From Eledone cirrhosa (Eukaryota), in the NCBI GenBank assembly GCA_964016885.1, contig OZ024747.1, positions 44,702,001-44,766,000 on the forward strand: 64,000 nucleotides of DNA, in the 5' to 3' direction. Shown here piece after piece: positions 54,611-64,000 of the stretch (its first letter is position 1; the number at the start of each line of letters is the position of its first letter). Both the position numbers and the translations under genes were made by a program. The notes beneath the pieces were generated by a model. That model was not told the origin of the DNA and did no database searches. It saw nothing but the letters and a program-made list of their open reading frames with translations.

Positions 54611-56209
54611 ATCATCACTATTTGTACAACTTTTCCCTGCAGGTATGGGTTGGATAGAACTTTCTGAGGCAATATTTTACAGCAGACTGCCCTTCCTGAT
54701 ATTAACATTTTTAGTTGCTTATTATGACTATGTTTTACGTTTTCGTGATTTTTCAGTTTAACTCTTAACATCTTGTAATGATGTAGCAGAAAAACCTAAA
54801 AACAGGTTAATTCAAATGTTTATAGTATCATTACTGGTGGACAAATTGTTGTTAAAATTTACAGTAAAGACTTCAATTTTTAATGTGATGCAATCATATT
54901 GCTGTTTTATACTTCTCTAGAATGTCCTGCTAATGTGGTTTTAAGTGATACAGGTAAGAGTTAATTCTTTCACCAGTAGAATCAGTTTGTAATTGCCATT
55001 TTCAAAAATAAATGGTCAATTATTGGTTTAGAACCTCTGGCCATCTTACATTTTCCATGGTTGCATGGGTTAGATGGGTTGTCATGTTCTGATGCCAGAC
55101 ATGTCAGATGAATGCATATCACTCATGATATGACTTCTACAGCTGGATGCTTTTCCTAATGCCAGCCACTGTATGGTGTGTAACAAGTGTATTTTATTGT
55201 GGCACGAACACTGCCTCTTGACAGTTTGGGTTATGCATATTTGGTTTTTAGTTTTGCTTTGAAGTTCTCTTTTTTATCTGTGCTTTCTATAATTTGTCTG
55301 CATCTATTCATGAGTGAATTACCTTCTGAGTGTTGGTGTGTGTATGGACAAAAGAAAAGATCTGAATAAATGGAAAAATAGAGAGAGGGGAACTGAGAGA
55401 GAAAGAGGAATTAAGAGAGATATAGAAAGAGAAAGAGGGGGAGAGAGTGAAGAGTGGACAGATGTAGTGACTGACAAATAGTTATAAAAAAAGTCTTAGT
55501 GTAACAGAAAAAAGAAAGAAATTTATACAAGACAGTCTGGTGATAGCGAAATAGAAATACAATGATACATTAAAAGCACAATAATACACTACAGCATGTA
55601 ACAGGTTGTCTTCAATATTGTAAGTTAGTGTTTCGAGTTCCTCATGGTTTGATAGCTGTTACCATATATCATTCACTGACAGATGTTTGTAGTTTGTTCT
55701 TCACTAAAGAATACATTCAACTACTGTGCGTTTTAACCTTTTGCCCTTAAACAAAGAATAAGAAACTTGTAATGTCGTGTTTCCCACTTCTCACAGCAAT
55801 CAAAACTATTGATATGCTATTGACAATCTTTGAATTAATTGTTGCTGATGACATGTATAACTTTCACGAGCATCTTCAAGTTCTAAATTTTATCTTGATT
55901 GATGGGTGTCACTAGCAGTCATTGATAAGTATTTTCCAAAGATATGACAACCATCCTAGTGCTGGTATCACAATAAAATGTGCAGTGTACTCTGCAGAGT
56001 GCAAGATCAGTGACTACAATTGTGTATTGACTTGGTCTGTGACAACCTGTCCAACCCTTGCTTGCAAGGAAAACAGACATTAAATGATGATGATGAGGAT
56101 GATAAGGATGATTGTTATGATTGGCAAGTGTTGGTGTTTGTCCTTGCTTGATAGGTCTTTTGGTTGTTGATGTTTGACAGGTGTTATTAACTGTCACTAT
56201 TTGATTGAA

Positions 56210-56655
56210 AGGCGGTGGATTGGCAGTATCGGTAGAGGGTCGGACATGCTTTCCAGCATAGTTACGTCCCTTTACGATCTGAGTTCAAATCCCGCCGAGG
56301 TTAACTTTGCCTTTCATCCTTACGGGGTCGATAAAATAAAGTACCAGTAATCATCATCATCATCATCATCATCGTTTAACGTCCATGTTCCACGCTTGCA
56401 TGGGTTTGGATGGGAGTTTTCCCACTTGAGGCAAGAGTGGTTGTCTTGCTCGCATAGGACTGTCTGGCGGGTTTTCTACAGTTGGATACCCTTCCTAACA
56501 CCAACCACATTTACAGTGTGGGACTGGGAGGTTTTTACCGTGTTGCCTACACGGCCACATTACAGCGTGGACTGTCTGGCGGGTTTTCTACAGCTGGATG
56601 CCCTGGTAATGTACTGAAATAATTGCTGGCCTTGTGCTAAAAGTAGAAACAATTA
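56210..56655 (+). mobile_element. Family-A SINE interrupted by an antisense family-B SINE (56350-56603)
   Basis: The A consensus resumes after the insert, and gtaat is duplicated at the junctions. Confidence 0.85.
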
Positions 56656-57004
56656 TTTGACAAGGGCGATGAGTTAGCAGAACAATGGTGAGGTGCTATG
56701 TGCTATGTAACTACACCTCTTTATGATGTTCTCATTTCAAATCATGTTGAAATATACTTCAGTGTTCCAGAACAGATAACACAAGTACCAGTGGACTTCT
56801 ATCTATTCAATCCTACTAAATAAAGCCTAACATGTTCTTACTTGCTTATCTATGCTCATTACAGATTTATCTGTTCATGCTGATCAATTGTGGGTTATGC
56901 AAGGGGCTATCTTTGGATAATTATCTTTGACAATACACCACAAAGGATTTTGCCTAGCAATTCAGCCAGCTCATTGCTCTGAACTAGTTCTTATTGACAC
57001 ACTA

Positions 57005-57623
57005 AATAATTGTTTCTACTTTAGGCACAAGGCCAGCAATTACCCAGTGTATTACTGGTACTTTATTTTATCGACCCCGTAAGGATGGAAGGCAAAGTTA
57101 ACCTCGGCGTGATTTGAACTCAGACCATAAAGGGCCGTAACTCTTTGCTGCAGAGCATGGCGTCTGACCCTCTACTGATACTGCCAATCCACCGCCCTTG
57201 TGGAAGAAATAATAATGATTCCTAGTATAGGCACAAGGCCAATCATTTGGGGGAAAGGGAAAGTTGATTAAATCAAACCAGTACGTTACTGGTACTTTAT
57301 TTTATCGACCCCGTAAGGATGAAAGGTAAAGTTAACCTCGGCGGGATTTGAACTCAGACTGTAAAGGGCCCTAACTCTATGCTGCAAAGCATGTTGTCCG
57401 ACGCTCTACCGATTCTGCCAATCCACTGCCCTATTGACACACTAAATAATTGTTTCTACTTTAGGCCAGCAATAACCCAGTGCATTACTGGTACTTTATT
57501 TTATCGATTCCGTAAGGATGAAAGGCAAAGTAAACCTCGGCGGGATTTGAACTCAGACTGTAAAGGAACGTAACTATGCTGGAAAGCATGGCGTCCAACT
57601 CTCTACCGATACTGCCAATCCAC
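57005..57623 (-). mobile_element. Three head-to-tail family-A SINEs
   Basis: Copies at ~57005, 57210 and 57445; the flank tattgacacactaa is duplicated at 56992 and 57432. Confidence 0.88.
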
Positions 57624-58189
57624 AAATAATGAAATGAAAAATTAACCCCAGCAGATTTGATCCCAGAGTGCAGAGAACCAGACAATAATACTGTCAATAT
57701 ACCACAAGACTGATTTGTCAATTTGCTACCTCAATATAATCGAATGTAATTCACCATAACCTAGGTTTATGGCTTTGTACTCTTTAAAAAAATCCTAAAT
57801 CAATAATAGATACCAGTGTTTTACTGTTGATATTTTTTGGCAGGTGTTCATAGAATGTTGTTGTAGTTATTACAGCCCACACCTCCTGTATAGGTTTAGT
57901 TACAACCTCAGAGGATATTTCTTGGGTGTTTTAATGTTAGGAGCTCCAGTCCTGTCATGTTGCCTTTTTCTAGTGACAGGAGGCAGAATTTGAACTTGAA
58001 ACACACAAAGCTTGAACAGAAAACAAGTCATTCTAACAATTTATCATTCATCCAAAATATATTTAAGGAAGAAACATAATACAATACACATATACATTTA
58101 TTTGTTGGTATTTATATCAAAATCACCTATCAACATTGGTGCTAGTAATATGCAAATTACTACTCCATTTCCATTTCAGTGACACTACT

Positions 58190-59060
58190 ATAGAGAACGT
58201 GAGGCCGCCTGGGCGACATGGGACCAGCTGGGACTTGGCCCAGTAGATGTCCCTCCTCCTTCTCCCCATGTTGACGTCAAGTCCCCCCCCCCAAAAAAAA
58301 GCACTTGGGATGCCATCCAGTGCAGCCTGGCCTCAGACAGGCTCACGCACCAGCTCGACCAGCACCGCCTTGCCTGTTTTCGTGCGGCCTCCAAACCCCA
58401 CAGTGGTGCCTGGCTCCATGCCCTGCCCTCCTTCTCCACTGGTACGCAGCTAGACAACAATAGCCTGCGCATCAGCGTTTCCTTGAGGCTTGGCCTCCAG
58501 ATCCGCGAGCTACACTAACGTCGCTGTGGATCCCACCATGGACTCCTTCGGCCTCCACCCGCTTTCCTGTCGTCACAGTACCGGCCACCTTCCACGCCAT
58601 ACTGCCCTCGATGAGGTCATAAAGCATGGCTTGGACGCTGCAGGCTTCCCTTCCCAGCTCGAGCCGGTGGGGCTGGACTGAGGGGACAGCAAAAGGCCAG
58701 ATGGCATGACCATCTTCCCGTACCGCGGTGTCATACCCCTCGTCTGGGATGCCACTTGCACCGATACTTTCTGCAGCCGCAACCTGGTGCAGTCTGCACC
58801 TAACCCAGTTTCTGCTGGTCATCGGGCTGAGGAGGCTAAACTCCTCAAATACTGGTCCCTCTCCGACAGGTTTGGGGTTGTACCCCTGGCAGTCGAGACT
58901 TCTGCTGACCTCGGCCACAGGGCTACCTCCCTACTCACCGCCATAGGTGCTGAGCTGGCCAGCCGCAGGTGTGAGCCCCACGAGTTGGAGTGGCTTTTCC
59001 AGTGCATCTCCCTTGCCGTCCTCCGGGGAAACGCCTTCTCCATTCTGACTGCCGGGGCTG
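58190..59060 (+). mobile_element. CRE-clade non-LTR retrotransposon 3' remnant (zinc finger + RLE)
   Basis: SGAWLHALP, LRLG, CG..MD..GLH.LSC, RH, KRPDG, WDATC, PLAVET, RGNA; GC-rich, with stops. Confidence 0.85.
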
Positions 59061-59499
59061 TGGGGGGGTGGGGGTGGGGGCATCGCGTATCATTCCATAT
59101 TTAAGTATGGTCGCTATAAGTGATAGGGTATATACACCTTTCAGTTACATCTTTCTTTGTGGTTGTTTCACTTTACAGGGAAATGTATGAATTTGTCATG
59201 CTTAGATGTCTAAATACTAAATGTATAAATTGATATATATATATATATATACCCTTACTAGTAGGGAAAAATGGATGTTAAATGAAGATGATAATGATGA
59301 TGTCATTCACACAATCTTGGTTACTTCCATACTTCATATATACACATATAAATTCATTATTAGTATTTGTATAGCTTATGAAGTCTTTTGTTTCATTTTG
59401 TTTTGTTTTAACATATGGCAGTGCTCCAGTATGGCCTTAGGTGTGACACCTAAAAGGAAATAAAGAACTAAAGAATATGGAAATTTCTTCTCATGCTGT

Positions 59500-60844
59500 T
59501 TTTATAAAATAGTGAAATAGATAAATAAATGAATATGATGATATACATGTGTTTCTGATAGAGAATTGGACAATCTTATATATTTGACAGTTTCAGCCTA
59601 TTATTTTAGCTGTGGAAACATTGATTTCTTATCAAAAATGTTGCCAATATTTCTATATATATGTGTCCATGTTGTATATGGAAAAAGGAGAGAGAGAGAG
59701 AGGTTTTTACCATTTATTTTCAATTCTATAGAATATCAGGCCCCAACCCACTGCACCCAGCACTTCACCTATCAGCTACACACCAAATATATTGGAATGG
59801 CTCTTCACTGGTTTCAACAATGTGTGTTCCATTTGTTCAATCAACATTATAGCTTCTTCATGAAATTAACATCTAAGTGGCTGAGCATTCCACAGACACA
59901 TGTACCTTAACCCTTTAGCATTTAAACTGGCCATGTCTGGCTAAATTTTCTCACCTCTTTCTGTTCAAACTGGTTGTAACTAGCCCCTCATACTGATGTT
60001 AAGGCATTGTTCTAAAAATAAATAACATCAAACTCTCATAGATTCGATACTATGTGAGATAATTATGTAAGATAAAGCATTTACCACAAAAATACAATAG
60101 TACATATAGAGTAGTGTAAATACTAAAGGGTTAACATAATTCTCAGGAAGATCAAACATGACGCAGTGTGTGACAAGGCTGGTTTTTTTAATTACAATTA
60201 TAGACCATCTCACAAACTTTCAAACAATTTCTGTATACCCAATTTCAATCACAATGAATGGATTGCCCCCAAGGCTATGGTAAATGAACCTTGCCCAATA
60301 TATAATGCAATGGGATTGAACTCAGAATCTAATGATTGTGAAGCAAACTTCTTAACTATTTGGCTATTCTGCATCCACACCAAATAAGTAAAAGAGAGGA
60401 AAATCACTTCGTATGTGAATGTTGCTGAATTCATTATATCCATGATCAATGAGATTTTATACCACTGACCAATCCTTTTCCCATATGCTGCAGACAGCTC
60501 TTGCATTCCAGTTGCTATCAGACAAAAAAAGATTATCAGTTCTATTTTATAGGATAAAAGGAAAGAAAAGAAAAGAAAAAAATTCTTGCCAAGTTATTAA
60601 GAATTAATATATCTAACAGTGTTCAGGCATTAAACATCATTTTCTTAGTCTTTGAGGTTATAAGAATCCTGGAATTCTTACTATTTTCTCAAATGCATAT
60701 TGATGTAAACTATTTCAAGTGATTAGTATAAAGCTCTGACTCATTCTTTCAGTGAAATTCACCAGTTCTGATTAATGGATTTCTCTTTCTACTGCCTGGC
60801 TTGTCTAGGAACCTCACTTTTGATGGCGAAATATTTGGCAGAGG

Positions 60845-60884
<40 letters not shown>

Positions 60885-60912
60885 ATTCTAATGATGATGG
60901 TAATTATAAATG

Positions 60913-60957
<45 letters not shown>

Positions 60958-60964
60958 AGTATGG

Positions 60965-60996
<32 letters not shown>

Positions 60997-62455
60997 ACCA
61001 TATTAGTCATGTATATAATAGTAGAGATGAGATGTGAACTTAAATGGTCTAAGAGGTGTCAGGAGGTGATCAAGTTATTTAATAGTGATTAATAAATAAC
61101 TCAGTTGAGAAGGTACAGTAAAGGTGGGTAGGGTTTAGAGAATATGAAAGTAGACTAGTTGTATTGTTGTTGCTGGGGCTGATGGTGTTAATGTTGTTAT
61201 TTAGGCTTAAGTCAGTCCTGTCTGAGTAGACATATGCTCAGATGTGTTCCAGCTGTGACTATCTCAACTTCTATTCATACACAATGCATCTCTGACTATA
61301 TTATCTAATTTAGATGGTAGTGTAATATTTGATGGAATTTATCTACTATACTTTGTATTACAGTTGTTCTGCATTGCTTTTTATCCCTTGGCCAACTTTC
61401 AGTGAGGAAACTCATTATCAAAGGCCTTCTAGCTATGACCATTCTATTAATGACTGTGCTATCCAATTTGTCTTTGTCTTCTTTTAGATGATAGAGTGAG
61501 ATTTAAGGGAGATTTGGCTGCTATTTCTATTAGGTTGAGTGACTATATAGAAGCTCCCTTGTATTAGAGTATTTTGGTTCTGTCATCAAATCTTTGATTT
61601 TCTTTTCTTTGAGCTGGTGGTACAAATACCAGAAATACTACTGGGGTTCATTCAAACTACTATAAAACCATGTGGACATGCTGGTTTTGAGATTAGTAAA
61701 AGCAAATCAATATTTTCCTTGGGAAGAAACGTGGTGAGCTGACAGAATCGGTAGAGCATCAGGTAAAATATCCTTATGGTATTCGTTCTGGTTTTTTACA
61801 TTCTGAGTTCAAATCCCGCCAAGGTAACTTTGCTTTTCATCCTTCTTGGGATTGATAAAATAATATACAAATCAAGCAGGCAGCAAATAAGTTATGATTT
61901 TTGACTGCACCAGTGATTCCCATAATGCAACAGGAGTAAAGAGAAATAACTCTAGCATCTAACAACTCTAGTATCTAGCAAATCTAGCGCCTCAAAGATA
62001 TCAGTCATGAATAAAATCTGTTTACCAAACACCCATTTTAGTGTTGTATCTTCTCAGTCCATATAGATTGACATAAACCTATACTAGGGTTGATTTAATC
62101 AACTTTACATTTCCTTCAAAAGGTGTTGACTTTGAGCTTTAATTAAAATCAATATCTTCCTTTAGGAAGACAACTCATATATGGTAGAGAATGAGCGGAA
62201 CATTCAATTAAATGCCTTGATATTACTGGTCCTGAGGTGTTCTGGGTTCAAATACTACTGGACTTGCTGTTATTTGTTAATCTCCCACGGTTGATAAATT
62301 GAAATACCTGTAAGAATAGGGAGTCAATTCAATTGAGTTTTTTTTTAGCCATGGCTGCCCAAGTCATATCATTGACCTAGTTGATGGTTCAAATCTCATA
62401 TGAGCACATTGAGGAGGAGGTTTAATTGAAGATCTGCATTAAAGATTTCATGATC
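59500..62455 (-). pseudogene. Fragmented paramyxovirus-like nucleocapsid (N) gene
   Basis: KIVRIPGFL*PQRLRK* (60637-60690) vs KAVTAPDTAADSELRRW; WYK..MDI..FLSFT (~60390-60480); LGP (~59740); FPYTTWTH..IG....SM..KYIRLS (59565-59690) vs YPLLWSYAMGVG....SM..YFRLG. The start near 62452 is tentative. Confidence 0.62.
59911..60130. mobile_element. TTAA MITE family 1
   Basis: ttaa|CCCTTTAGCATTTA...TAAATACTAAAGGG|ttaa. Confidence 0.85.
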
Positions 62456-63629
62456 ATTATAATTACTAACAGAAAAACCACCCTTCGGATGGTTTTCTGC
62501 TAGCATGTGTAGTGTGCATATTGATATTATACGCAAGTATATATACATCAAATATCATCGTGATTGACAATATCCACAGAAATTGAACGAAGACTGCATT
62601 ACACTCTCTTATGTAATCAGTAACGTAATCCATGATACAATAAAAAAAGACGATATTATATATATAAACTGCATTAGGAGAAAATTAGTGATGGAAATAT
62701 ATGAATGTTTATCGCTAACCGGAAGTGTTAACATTTAAAAATTTTAAAGAAGTGAATCTTAAAATAAGCAACAAAATTATTTATATTTAATCAAGAATAA
62801 CCAAATTTAGTAGATAAATTATGTAATATTCATTCATTATTTATCCAAAGTAATCTGACTTATTTTACAAATGGGATATATTCTGGACGCAGTCTCACAC
62901 TCCTTACTTTATTATAGTTTAGATTTTCTTTGATTATTTTCTTTAACCTTTTCGTTATCATAATCTTAATTGAATAAGTATTTTGTGTTTCAATTAATTT
63001 TCAAAATCGTCAAAAATCTGGAATGATTTAGAAAAATAACTGTTTCTACTTTTGACACAAGGCCAGAAATTAGAAGGGAAATGGAAGGTCTGTGAGATTT
63101 GAACTTAGAATGTAACTTGACAATATTAGCTTTGCCTTTCAGCCTTATGGGGTCAATGAAATAAAGTGCCAGTAACACACTGGAATTAATTTAATCAACT
63201 TTCCATTTCCCTTTAAATTGCTGGCCTTGTGCCAAAAGTAGAAACAATTATTTTGTTAAATCCTTTTTACAAAAATAATATATTTTCCTCATTAGGCTAG
63301 TTGTTTAATAAATAACTTTGAAAATAATTAACAATTTGGAAGAATTGAGTAAAATTACTAACTTTTTTTATTATTAAGTTGGTTTTTAGAAGATATATCA
63401 ACTAAAGTTTCTAACATAAACCTATGATGGAAAATTTTAATTTAAATATCAGTGCCTTAGCCTTGCCATCACCTGTGATAATGTTGTCAGCATAATGGCT
63501 TACCACAAAAATTTCATTGACAATTGTGATGTGTGGCTGATCGTTGCACTTGGTGGTGAACTGATGGTCATTTTATAATAATAATAATGAAATTATTGTG
63601 TACAGTGCTCAGTTGCACTACAACTCACT

Positions 63630-64000
63630 CATCAAAGGTGCATGCATAGTACATAGAATAATATACAAATGTCAGGGAAGTGAATAGTGTATGAGTCATG
63701 ATATACATGTGTGCTTGTGTATGGAGGGGGAATATTAGGTGTAGTGTTGGCGAAGCTCAGGAGGCATGGAGATTTTAAAGGATGCAGTGTCTCGACAGCT
63801 AATAACTGATGCAGGTTATTTGTTCCATGCTTCAGCAACTCTGAGCATGAAAAAATGTTTCCGAAAGTCATGGGAGCTGTGCTGTTTTCTGACTTTGTAG
63901 GTATGCCCACATGTGTTAGACACATGGAATTCAAAAAGGTAGTCAGGGTTGTTGTTGACAAGATGGTTAATAATTTGGTGGGTGTTTACTAAGTCAGTTG
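63630..64000 (-). mobile_element. Possible Penelope-like GIY-YIG remnant
   Basis: Weak YLFEF..CGHTY.. and PEL.QH similarity. Confidence 0.25.

Larger units (their letters stand above)
53110..55930 (-). pseudogene. Fragmented matrix (M)-like gene of the EVE
   Basis: Long single-frame decayed peptides, with the frame kept across the MITE at 53453-54012. The end LFYSS..RLSNTVAIVQA resembles the paramyxovirus M C-terminus, and it lies between N/P and F. Confidence 0.45.

Overview
AT-rich, repeat-dense animal genomic DNA. The tRNA-SINE, RTE and microsatellite make-up suggests a coleoid cephalopod such as Octopus; this is inference, not proof. I can support no host protein-coding gene. Visible content: a decayed Ty3/Gypsy LTR element with nested insertions (1-4545), a young 5'-truncated R4/Dong-like element in a (TAA)n tract (37.5-39.5 kb), RTE and CRE-like LINE fragments, many SINEs and TTAA-MITEs, and several large tandem arrays. 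Main finding: the 'unique' DNA between these repeats, read by eye on the minus strand, gives a collinear series of stop- and frameshift-riddled peptides. They resemble conserved motifs of paramyxovirus/pneumovirus-like (Mononegavirales) N, M, F and L proteins, in viral gene order N-(P)-M-F-(attachment?)-L, from ~62.4 kb down to at least ~20 kb. I interpret this as an ancient, near whole-genome endogenous viral element stretched by later TE insertions. A possible second nucleoprotein-like remnant lies at 8.3-9.4 kb. All viral assignments come from manual translation and remembered motifs and need frameshift-aware HMM or tBLASTn confirmation.
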